From Adineta vaga (lineage: Eukaryota > Animalia > Rotifera), in assembly GCA_021613535.1 (NCBI GenBank), contig CP075493.1, positions 16,802,001 through 16,866,000 of the forward strand: 64,000 bases of DNA, given 5' to 3'. The notes below the pieces were generated by a model, which made no database searches, had not been told where the DNA came from, and saw nothing but the letters and a program-made list of their open reading frames with translations. Positions 53,601-64,000 of the stretch are shown here, in pieces. Position 1 is the stretch's first letter. Each line of letters begins with the position of its first letter. Position numbers and translations under genes: made by a program.

Positions 53601-56600
53601 ATGCTTCGTTGTCAAGGGAATATGGATCTAGAATATGTCCTTAGGGTTTTAGATGAAAAACAAGTTTCATACATGCAAAGTGTTCCAGCTTATTTCAGTA
53701 ATATGTGTAATTTTCTCCTGGAACACAAGTATGAAAATCTTGTTGCATTACGCACAATTGATATCGGAGGTAGAATGATTTTAAAATTTAGTCAGAAAGT
53801 GTCAATTTTTATGTTTTCTAGGAGATGTTAGTACTATTCAACTGCTGAAGAAATTAACTAGTAATATCTTTAACAATGTAAGAGTTGTGAATTTCTATGG
53901 GCCGGCAGAGACAACTATTAACACCACTTTTCATATCTTCAATCTTCAACTAGATACGATACACGTTCCACTCGGATGCCTATTACCTAACTATACGTGT
54001 ATGATTCTGGATGAATTGTCGCAACCTGTTGTAATCGATCAAGAAGGTGAACTAGTTGTTGGAGGAGTAGGTGTCTTTGCAGGATATCTTGGACGTGATG
54101 AATTGACTGCGAATGCATTTTTCAATTATGACGGATACAAATATTACCGAACAGGTGATCTAGTTCGATTGGGTAGCAATGGTCTTTTATATTATCAAGG
54201 AAGAAAAGATCATCAAGTCAAACTTCATGGACAACGAATTGAATTAGGAGAAATTGAGCGATGTTTACTTCAGACATCTGTTACAGCCTGTGTTGTCATC
54301 AAATGGGGCGACGACCATTTGGTTGCTTATGTTCAAAGTTCTACTATTGATGAGAAACTATTACGTGATCATTGCCAATCTCATTTACCACCTCACATGA
54401 TTCCATCGATGTTCATCGTTCTGAACAAACTACCATTGAATGCAAATGGAAAAGTTGATCGGAAACTTCTTCCTGCACCTAATTTCTCGGTAAACTTGTC
54501 TCCATCAGCTAAACTTCATACTCCGCAAAATCACTTAGAAGAAGCCGTGCACGATGTATGGTGTGAAATTCTTCAGTGGATTGGAAAAGAGATATCAACT
54601 ACTGTCAGTTTCTTTAGTATTGGTGGCCATTCACTTCTCTTCATTAAACTTTATCATCGTTATCAATCAATATTTAATTTTAATAGTCAGTCACTTACGA
54701 TTGCTCCTTTTCTTCAACAGCCAACTATTGTTCAACATTCACAATTACTCCGGACGATCGTAGTAGAAAATATCAGCTCAATGCAATGGAATTCACTACA
54801 TATTAAGCAAGGTAATAATTTTCTTTTCATATGGATATTTTTTTCAATCGATTGAAATATTCAATGATAATACGTTTAGGATACAATCCCTAATATAAAA
54901 AATTAATTAATTTGTCAAAAAACTGACAGCTGTTAGCATTATGAATGTAGGGCTTTACAGGCTTAGGAATCTTTTAGTACAATATAGGGCATGTCCAAAC
55001 TTGACGTTGTGACATTTCGGAGATATTGCATGTTAATTGTTTTGAGGACTAAAAAAGCGCTATAGCTCAGTGAAACGCCATTCGATACAGCTCTTTATGT
55101 CTTAGTTATCGTATAAAAACAATTGAGTTCAATAGAAGTCTTCAATTTCTATCAATATTTATTAGTCGCTTGCCGCTATAACATAAAAGGTCCTTGATGC
55201 TGTACTCGCTATTGTCTCTCTCTGTTTTCCTGCCAATATGACGTCGACCAATGAAAATATCTTATAGACGATTTTTGTAGAGCTTTCGGCGAGGATTCTA
55301 ATGGTAAAGAAATGCTCTTATAGAAACTTCCATTCGTACAAAAAAGTCAAAATGTCAACGTAACGCTGTGACAGTCAGATTTGTCAATTATTGTTACGAC
55401 GATATCTCGATATCAAGCAAAGAGCAGAAGGCATATGATGCCTTATAGCGATTTCCAGGAAACTGTATTTGTTTTGGATAACAAACAAATCTCCGAAAAT
55501 TTAATTTATTCTTCATTATGGGCATGCCATAATGGATCAGTTACGTATGCTATATAATTTCTAGGAAAACACAATGTATCTATTCCACGGGTATTTTTTA
55601 ACTCGCCGCAGTTTTATAATAAGTCACTGCCTACTGGATTGAGGGTGCTTCGAAACGCGATGAGGATATATGTTCGGCGCCCAACTTTCATTTATTTCTC
55701 AAAAGAACTATAACACCTTTCAGGACTTTTTCTTCTTAGTGACTCTATGATTCTTTCATCTGAATCGAAACCTCACCAACGTCCCGTATAGGGCATATTA
55801 GGCACATAGAACTTATTTGACATAAAAAGATCAACACTATGGCTGTTTCTAACATGTCCAATATGCCTACGCTCAGATCTTGTCTTAATATATATGTGAT
55901 GAAAATCGATCTCCCGGAAATCGCTAAAGCACATCAAATCGTAGAAGTTGGTTCATTTGGGATGAGAAAGGTCTCACTTTATAAGTTAGAAAACATTTGG
56001 CAGCTCGACTCTACAATACATTTTCGATGTGTATGATGAATTAGAAAGTGCAGAATGAGAATGTGCTATTATTAATGCGCTGACTGGGACTTCTTATCTG
56101 TACTGGTCAAGATCAAAAATCACACTTTTTTGAAAAACAAAATATATTTTCTGGCACTTTCGGACATGCTCTACAACATGATGTATGCATCCGCTTTCAA
56201 CTCTGAATACAATACTTAATGTCCGAAGTGTTGCATTGCGTGAACAGGATATATAGTGGTATAGAAATTTAACATAGATGTGTAACCCCTTATATCACTA
56301 TACCATAAATAGCGTTCGTCGAGGGTAACTAGCTAGAATTTCGACTGAAGAATTAACAGAACGGAGTTCACTGATTATTTTCGCTGAAATAGTTTTTGTT
56401 TTGAAAATTAATTTTTTGTGATCTATGGAATATTTGAGAGAATGAATCGATAGACAATAAGTAACGCTAATTCTTTGTATTCGTCAAGCCTTTTCTGGAA
56501 GAGTTAGAAGAGTGTTCTGAGCGTTCCTATACTCAGAAACATCATGATTTCCCACACTATCCTTATTACCACATAGTATCGTTTTGTTTTCATCTTCTCC

Positions 56601-59600
56601 TTGTAAATATTTGTTGTTATTATTATAATATTCAAATACATTAACTCTGTGAATTATATGATGTTCTCAACTGAGATTCACATATGGATAAGAAAAGTAC
56701 AGTAATTATATTATGCAAGAAAATGTGAAATAAACAAGCAAAGACACAAAAATTTATGACTTTCTAAGCACAATCATTATCGCTACATTGCTGTTTATAC
56801 AAAAAAAGGGAATTAAATCTTTCCAATGATTTAGTATTTATTGCACGCTTATTGGTGTAGTCATAGTGATGGCATATAGCTCAAATCACACAAACCCACT
56901 ATCTTAAATAATAATATTTTTCGAAACAGAGCAGCTCGAGGTGCTAGTTGCAAGTTTTAGTTCCGCACAATCAAATAAATATACGTGAGTAGCATTACGT
57001 TCGCGTCAATCAGTAGATTTCGTTACGTCCAATTTTTTCACTAGAATTATTTTCGCTTATGTATCGATTCACTCGATAGCTTCTCAGACATGAAGACTCT
57101 CAGCTATTATATTACTGATTAATCTCTTAGTTCAACGTCTAGTCGGTCAGAAATTCACGACTAGCCGTTCCGGTTCTTAGTTTGTTGAGGGTCAACCATG
57201 AGTTAAACTCGAGTTTTAGCACACAAGAACTAATTCGCCTATCGTAAATCGATATGCATCTAAATATCAGGATCTAGTTTCTAGCTTTGGGTTCATTTTC
57301 TCTTTTATTTTCAGAAACTGATTAGGGCTGTACAGTTTACGCTCACACTCATGAGCTTCACATAGATGTAACAGCTTGCTCGGTTGTCAGGGTCTTTAAT
57401 GGCGGTTTTTTATGTACAACTAGTTAGAAATAAGCAAAAAAGACTTCATTTTTATAATATATCTAAACGAAAATTATGACGCTCATCGGCGCCCGTTGCG
57501 AATGAGCGTAAGCTGTATAGTCTTAAAACTGGTATTCTACGCAATTCGTCATCTAAAGAGAAATAATTTAGTTGCTTTGAAAAATCGGATGAACTACGTT
57601 TCGTACCACCCTTTACGAACGCCTGACAGCATCACCAGATGTTCGGTATCAAAAATTCTTTTTGACAATTATTCGCAGGAGTTCGTAAACGGCCTGTCCA
57701 ACCGTGGCGGAATCACATTTTTTCATTTTGTTTTTTCAATATTTAAATAAAGAGAAGTCAGAATCACCGAGATATATTTATAAATTATGTAAGGGTGGTC
57801 TTGCCTCTACACCTGCACTAAGTGTCACGAGAATTCATACGTCTATCTTTGTTGTATCGAAGAAATAATGACACGTTAACCCTTTCCAGCCGGGTGTATC
57901 CATATGGATACATTTTGCCGTAGGGGGTACGGCATTTTCCAAATAGCCGGCCGGGAAGGGTTAAGAAATCACACAAAACGGAAGTGTATATCGGAAGTAT
58001 TGGAAAGAAATAAAAAACTTAGCTCAATGGGAAGTGTGACGAAAAAACTTTTTATACAAAATTCTTAGCTTTGATGACTATCTATGCATATAATAAAAAA
58101 CAAACTTCCGAAATAAAACAATCGTTATCCAATATAAAGAAAATTTTTTCTTTACGGAATCACTTTTGAGGAATGACTGATTTTTTTACGTGTATTCTTT
58201 TTTCAAAGTACTTATTAGTACACTATATTTCAAACACTATTGTTTGACAGAGATAAGCATGTGAGAGAAGGAGTAAAACAAAATATTTTTGAAAAAATAA
58301 AGCACTTCACATAAACATACTACATACATATAAGTTAAAATCTATAGAGATTGATTGTCACCCGCAGCATATTGTATAACATATTTATGGAAAGCTTGAA
58401 AATGGTATTGTTTTCTGAATATTAGATATACTATTAATTTGAGAAGACGTTTTTGCATGTTTAACAAAATTCGATGCTAAACAAAGATTAATCATAATCA
58501 CTACTTCCACTCATACAAGGATATGCCGTAGTCTGAGAAAAGGTTTTTTGTCGCAGCGAGCAGATTTTGAGGGAGAGGGTGAGTGTGGGTATACGTTCAT
58601 TCCAAATTTTCATCCACGCCCTTGAAAGAGAAACTCTAGTTCAAACTTTTGTGTTAGCTGACGGACATTTGTAACTATATTGTTATGAATAATGATGCGA
58701 ATTACATGTCTGTACTTGTGTCGTATATTATTAATTCAAAGGAAGAAAAAAACTATAGAAGGAATAAGTTAATTGAATGATAAAAAGAATCTTTAAATAA
58801 AAAAAAGTAAAATGTTCACTATGACAAAGACCAAATCAGTAGCATTCACCATGCGTATATAGATTTTTAAAACAGTCTCTCTTGACAGTCTAAAACATGA
58901 AATCATTGTTTCTTCACATGAAGAATATACCTAAAAAATACTTTCTTATGATTAGATTTTAGTTTGAAGTAAGGTTATAGGAAAATAATGATCTTTTTAT
59001 TATGTATGATAGAAACTGGGATCATTGGAGGTGATTCCGTCACATTACACATAACTCCCTAAATCATTTCGAAAACTCGCGAACTAAAGCAACGCATAGA
59101 GCATGAAAAAGTGTCTGTAGAATACCACTTTTGAGAAAACGAAATCACTCATATTTTACCAGAAATGAATTATGATGAGTATCGTAGCGGCATCGCCATC
59201 ATCATTGTACTATGTTTATAAACGTAGATAACTTCACGAAGAAAAGACTGATCAAACTTTTCTTTTCATGAACACATAGTCTGTCGGTCGTAATACTACT
59301 TCATAGAAAGAGTTCCAAAAAAGCACATCTATTTGCAAAAGAACATTTCAAAACTGGAATGTATCCTAATTTTGTTCATTCGAGATTTCTGAGACCCACA
59401 TCTTTTGGATGATAGATTTTCACACGATAATGCAGATCTGTGAAGTAAAAAAACATACTTGAGAATGATTTCAACCATACTCTCTACGATGGTAATATTT
59501 GTTTTACTTAAAAGCGTTGGTCATCTTCGCCCACTAATACACGCAGTTACGTGGATCGGCCGACATCGAATCTGAGTTCTATGTAAAGAACTCAAACATT

Positions 59601-62600
59601 CTACAGTAAAACCTCTCTAATATGAACACCATTCGGACTTTTCAAAAGTGTCACTTTAGAGAGGTGGTGCACATTCTACTGAGAAAGCCGTGATGATATT
59701 TTTAATGAATAATTGACTGAGTTTATTGGGAAAACACAAAGTATACATAGGAGAGAGATAATTAGACGAACGAGAAAAAATCGAGAGGCTTTTTCGTCTG
59801 TTTAGACAATAAACAAGAAGAAGAAATGAGTCAATGATGGTCGATAACCCCAATTCAATATGAAGAGTCGCTGGCGAACAATAACGATGTTCTGCAACCA
59901 TAGTCCACAATAATGAGTAGTAAGCCTTATTGGCATTTTGAGACTCCCATCCAGAATACGAGCTAAACTAGTATAAGAACATAGTTCTTCAAACACCGGT
60001 TTTATCATATCTAGACATGGTTGAAAAATAGGCACTTTCGCACGGGAAAAAGGTTGACCAATTGACTGCGCCTGAAGGTATTTGCATCGGTAGAAATTGC
60101 ACCAGTCACGCATTAGCTCTTCAGTTGTTGAATAATGATGATTAAAATTGCGAATGAACTTTGATACAATCTATTCAAATTCGTTTTCTTTTCACCTATC
60201 GCTTTAGCAAAATATATCGTGAATTTAATGGCTTGAGCATCAATCATACAACCGTTCTCGCTAAAGCACTTCCAATCGCTGAAAACCACGTTCTTATTTT
60301 CTCGTTTGATCTTCATAATACGATTTAACATTTTTTTGCAAAAGGATTTGTATCTTCTAATTTTTAAATATCAATATCAAGATATCGGCACGGCCAGCCA
60401 TCGGTCCCCTTCGTTGGGGAAGGTTCGAATTCAATATCACAGGAAAATAAGCATATTTTGAAATAGAGTACATGTCATAGTGTACAAAAAAAAGTGTCGT
60501 AAGTAACGGAAAAAGTAATCTGTGAATGACAGTAGCGCTGTTCTGTTCTTTGATGAACATCTCATATAGTGACATCTCCAGATCACAATAATTTAACGGT
60601 TAAAAAGTATTCATATAAAAGTTGAATTGAACCAAATACTACATGAACTTATAGAAGAAGACATTCACTTTCAGATAGCAAGCTTTGAGAAAAAATCTGT
60701 GTGACGCATAAATAAATCTATTAACTACAAAACTACTGAGTTTTTCATGAAATTCCGTAACGAAAATAGACCATAGTATGTTTCATTTTGTACCGTTACG
60801 AGTTCAAGTTTTGAAAATCACATCACCTGATAGGTCTTTTCGAAAGCTATCGATTGGACTAGTTTTTAGTAATTATCAGTGCTATTGTTGTCTATCTAGA
60901 TTCAAAATACTCCGTTACGGAATTTCATTTAATAGTGTTGAATAATGAGTGTGCTTTGAAATAAAGACAGAAGTTTTTATTCTAGAAAGAAATCTATATT
61001 GATATTATTCTAATATGCGTATTCTATACATAATTAGAGGTGTAAGCCGTTCAGTCGAGCTGATGCTGTGGGCAGTTTGTAGGAAAAAACATAGCTGCCG
61101 CCGTCGCGTCACTTATATATATCTCGGGTTTTGAAAAATTTTCAGAATTTACAACGGATTTCAAGGTTTTCCCCGTAGTATCTCATTAGTGTTCTCGAAT
61201 CATGGCAAGAATGTTCTGTAGAAAATGTCCTCGACGGAATGTCCTCAAATTTTGGTTCTCACAAAAAATGTCGTTTATCATAATCATGCGGACGAGGCTG
61301 AAACCAAAGAAATATTACCTGTCCATATATTCTGGATTTTTGCAACTTCCATAAACTTTATACTATCGTCCTCGCCTTCAAGATGCCTCAAAACCCCTCT
61401 CAAACGATATTTTATGAAGTTTTAAAAATTTATTAAAAGTCTTGACCTTTGACCCTCACAAACACAAACATGCAACCTATTTTTTTCGTACAACTCTCCT
61501 TTGAGTCGAAGGAAAAATGCTTTAAAACTCTCGTTTTCAATAAAAATTATCATTTTTGTGAAAAATTAATTAAAAATTCAGTTGATCAAACCTTCTGAAT
61601 TGAAACTGCAAAAAAAGGTGAAATTCCGTAACGATTGAAATTCCGTAACGGTCAATCTTTTAAGTTGCCCTGTTCAAAGGTAAACTTATACTGCAAAAAC
61701 GACCTAATATTGTGACAGCTGGCGAAAAACTGAACAACTTTTGTGTAAAGCGTTTATTTGTAGCTAGCTTAGTTTCGTTGAAAAATGATAAAAAATGAGT
61801 GACCTGCGAAGTGTTTGTCCATTTTTTGAAATTCCGTAACGGAGCATGTTTTTTAAATAACTCCATTATGGTTAGAGATAACTTAATGAAACTTTGCACG
61901 TTTATAGAGCTAGTTGACCTTCATATGCACCAGACGTTTCATAAAGATTCCTCTTACTGTTCAGAAGATATAGGTCTCAGAAGTTAAAAAAATGCAATTC
62001 CGTAACGCTTGGTCGTGCCGATATAGAGGAGTATCGATCAAATATTTGTGTACTCTAGCATCTCCAATAATAATAGAAGAAAAATGTGTTGTACAGTAAA
62101 ACCTCCCTATAGTGAACATTAACGTAACTGTTCAAAATGTGTTCACTATGTAGAGATGACTTATTATATGAACGTTAACGTATATATAGTGCACAACGAG
62201 TGTCACAAACTAACGAGCGTGTGTTTTTCTGGTTTGAACTTCCTCTAACTATATAGTGCATAGAATAAATAGGTTTTTCTTCGATCTAATACGTATATTG
62301 AGGATAAGATCTCTAGGTCTTTCTTACGTTAGTTCTATGCATGTGTACATGCCCATCTTCGTCATCAATCCCTAGTTTTTCATTAATGTTAATATGTTTA
62401 GTTGCCATCTCATAAGTGTAAATAGAAAAGAACAATACTGTTGTATGGCACAATCAATCAGTCCGTCAATGACTCTCCATTTTCATTTTTTTTGTTCTAT
62501 AATTAGACAGATAAATTTGATATGAACTTTTACTTGTCATTGCTCTTTTATTTAAACTGTGTGACGACATTTTCACGTAATGAACAGACCGTCAAAGAGT

Positions 62601-64000
62601 TTTGTTGTGACTGCTTCAAAACTTGAGATCTATTCTCTTATCTGGGATTTTTTCCTTCACATTCACCTATTTTATCCCACATGTGTTCACTATATAGAGG
62701 TACATTTTATGATTGGGACTGAAAAAAATCGTTCACTGTTCAGAGTTGAGAGGTGTTCAAAATGTAGAGGTCTGTTTACAGCAAAAATCGATCGGGCGGA
62801 TTGAAACATGCGTTCAAAGAGGCGGTGTTCACTATCGGAGATTTTACTGTATCTTTCTATGTGATAGAATAATTCTTCAAATAACATTCTGTGCAAAAGA
62901 AAAAAAGATTTAATCATTGTAACTTGAAATGCATAAAATAATGAAAAAATGTCGTTTTCTTCAGTAGATGTTTCTAGAAAAAACCTTTGTAAAACTCTTG
63001 AAATCCATCATAAAATAAATAAGCTGTAGTTCATTTGATAACGGACTTGATGCTCTACTGAATGTGATATAGAAGAAAACAATGAATCTGAGCAAAATCA
63101 AATTTTTCTGCGTGGGTAAAGGACCTTAAAAAAAGGCTTTTGTAACCTATGACCTGTGACAGACACACAAACGCGTTTTCGGTTTTTTGATATTTCCCTC
63201 CGTTCATTCGAGGAAACTATATTACTATGCTAAATTCATAGAGCCACATACTACTATACCATCATACCACTGGGACAAGCTTTAGTAACTGTATACTATT
63301 ACCTTAGTTTAATACTATATAGTTAGGTACTTGACTTGTTCATTTTGCTCCCTTATGCCACAAGGGAATAACTTGAATTTGTTACATGTATACCGAAATA
63401 AATTCAAATTTGTTCAAAATCAAATTTCCCATGAAATCACATTTAGGCCCTGCATCTTTTGCTCAAGAGCGCATCTTTCTTCATGAGCAAGTTCGCTTCT
63501 CGAATGAAGTTGCCATCTACAATCAACTATCAATTCTACGACTTGTTCAAGGTTCATTATCGATCGATCGTTTATTAAAAGCACTTCGATATATAATAAG
63601 CAAACATAATATATTACGATCATCTCTCATTTTTGACAATGAAGATAGTACTTTAAAACAATATGTTACTCAAAATCATCTATCATTCTCATTAGTCAAT
63701 GAACAAACATTTGAAAATGAAAGTGAACTTTTCGATATTATCCATAAAGTCACATTCAATCCAACTTTATTTAATTTGTCTGAAGGCCGAGTGTTTCATT
63801 GTGAGATTATTCGACAACAGAACTTAACTAATGAAAATAATGATAAGGAATTGATTAGAGAATCCGATGTTGTTATACTGGCTTTTCATCATGCAGCATC
63901 TGATCGATCAAGTTTCGCCGTCTTTTTCGAAGATTTGAGTTTTGCTTACAATAATAATAATGACACAACATGGTTTGAAGATGAGGATTCAATACAATAC
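22053..64000 (+). CDS. Giant spliced multi-module non-ribosomal peptide synthetase: C1-C2-A1-T1-Cy-A2(Cys)[Ox]-T2-C3-C4-A3-T3-C5-C6-A4-T4-C7-C8-A5-T5-C9 (continues beyond window; frameshift in module 3)
   Basis: Every ORF piece can be joined in frame through GT-AG introns. HHxxxD in nine C domains, FTSGSTGxPK / YRTGD / NGKxDR in A domains, and GG(H/N)SL in five T domains. No thioesterase or reductase inside the window. Confidence 0.85.
25169..28679 (+). CDS. NRPS module 1: C2-A1-T1
   Basis: HHASFDLPS. Introns 25733-25796, 26885-26939, 27240-27296 and 27628-27687 restore the frame. YAVFTSGSTGTPKA, YGPAE, YRTGD, GGHSL. Confidence 0.9.
28680..33207 (+). CDS. NRPS module 2: heterocyclisation (Cy) - Cys-specific A with embedded oxidase (Ox) - T2
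   Basis: PFPVTEMQQAYLIGR, DxxxxDxxS (DFLILDLWS, 29097-29123), SQTPQVFLD. A-domain pocket residues read DLYNLSLIWK. Nitroreductase-like insert about 31440-32600 (KKTYRQF, YASYESLYPVQVY, LETGYIMGLL, GMCPIG). GGNSL at 33018-33032. Confidence 0.9.
34571..40094 (+). CDS. NRPS module 3: C3-C4-A3-T3 (4-bp deletion frameshift at ~38254)
   Basis: C3 exon 34571-36034 (HHAASDRSS). C4 from 36596 (HHALFDFPS). Introns 37160-37222, 38307-38363, 38664-38715, 39044-39095. GGHSL near 39902. Confidence 0.85.
40151..49467 (+). CDS. NRPS module 4: C5-C6-A4-T4
   Basis: C5 exon 40151-41629 (HHSVFDGTS). 4.3-kb intron 41630-45955. C6 HHALFDFPS. Introns 46520-46582, 47674-47730, 48031-48088, 48420-48477. GGHSL. Confidence 0.88.
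49536..54811 (+). CDS. NRPS module 5: C7-C8-A5-T5
   Basis: C7 exon 49536-50999. Introns 51000-51317, 51882-51944, 53033-53089, 53390-53441, 53770-53821. Intact A motifs and GGHSL. Confidence 0.88.
57880..57960. mobile_element. 81-bp piggyBac-type MITE
   Basis: TTAA on both flanks (57876-79, 57961-64). TIRs CCCTTTCCAGCCGG / CCGGCCGGGAAGGG. Internal palindrome tgtatccatatggataca. Confidence 0.8.
59604..59665. mobile_element. Fragment of a pogo/Tigger-like MITE terminus
   Basis: ta-cagtaaaacctctctaatatgaacac matches the left TIR of the 62094-62849 element, followed by tagagaggt. Confidence 0.5.
59800..60340 (-). mobile_element. Decayed DNA-transposase fragment (Kolobok/'Mutator-like' type)
   Basis: KMLNRIMKIK..SDWK..AIKFTIYFAKAI..NL, DWCNF, IKPVFEELCSYTSLARILDG(fs)SQNAN..LLW follow the motif order R..LK..DGK..YYG.AIR..WC..IKP.F..LS..LL..CL.G.TQN.NES..W. 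Frameshifted. Confidence 0.6.
60748..62008. repeat. Dispersed 13-bp motif AAATTCCGTAACG (subterminal-repeat-like), both orientations
   Basis: Copies near 60750, 61621, 61638, 61829 and 61996, plus a reverse complement near 60913. Confidence 0.6.
62094..62849. mobile_element. Non-autonomous Tc1/mariner (pogo/Tigger-like) element
   Basis: TA on both flanks. TIRs CAGTAAAACCTCCCTATAGTGAACA / TGTTCACTATCGGAGATTTTACTG. Internal gtgttcactat repeats. Confidence 0.8.
63447..64000 (+). CDS. NRPS C9 exon (start of module 6, truncated by window edge)
   Basis: Acceptor catttag ending 63446, then (G)PASFAQERIFLHEQVRF...HHAASDRSS. Near-identical to the C3 and C7 exons. Confidence 0.85.

Noticed and set aside
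22053-54811. Bacterial contaminant, or heavily frameshifted NRPS pseudogene fragments
   Set aside because: Breaks between ORFs coincide with GT-AG introns at conserved positions that restore the frame, and the flanks carry eukaryotic genes. Only one true frameshift (about 38254) was found.
59385-61985. Possible terminal inverted repeats (ttctgagacc..atctt / aagat..ggtctcagaa) bounding the transposase remnant
   Set aside because: The match is short and degenerate and no TSD was identified, so element ends cannot be defined.
22543-63623. Many 60-110 aa alternative-frame and antisense ORFs over NRPS exons, several repeated identically
   Set aside because: They are shadows of the duplicated coding blocks, with no independent motifs.

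Overview
AT-rich eukaryotic genomic DNA with short (about 52-68 nt) GT-AG introns. It is most consistent with a bdelloid rotifer; this is inferred from the intron-containing NRPS, TGTGGG/TGAGGG telomere-like motifs and the lineage-typical GPCR, NHL and F-box-like genes. The left 17 kb holds a small membrane protein, a rhodopsin-like GPCR, a 1308-aa three-repeat membrane protein, a frameshifted FkbM-type methyltransferase and a patchwork of gene fragments (NHL, F-box-like, ricin-B-like, NCS1 permease, DEDD-exonuclease-like). From 22053 to beyond the right edge lies one giant spliced non-ribosomal peptide synthetase: C1-C2-A1-T1-Cy-A2(Cys)[Ox]-T2-C3-C4-A3-T3-C5-C6-A4-T4-C7-C8-A5-T5-C9... Its most striking part is an intron-free heterocyclisation/Cys-adenylation/oxidase module of the bacterial thiazoline/thiazole-forming type, set among intron-bearing, tandem-C modules that are near-identical mosaics of one another. 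Module 3 carries a 4-bp deletion frameshift. An 8.6-kb transposon-rich stretch after T5 has a splice acceptor at each end. Short G-rich/C-rich telomere-repeat hairpins and several MITEs are scattered through the window. All domain calls come from motif reading, not database searches.
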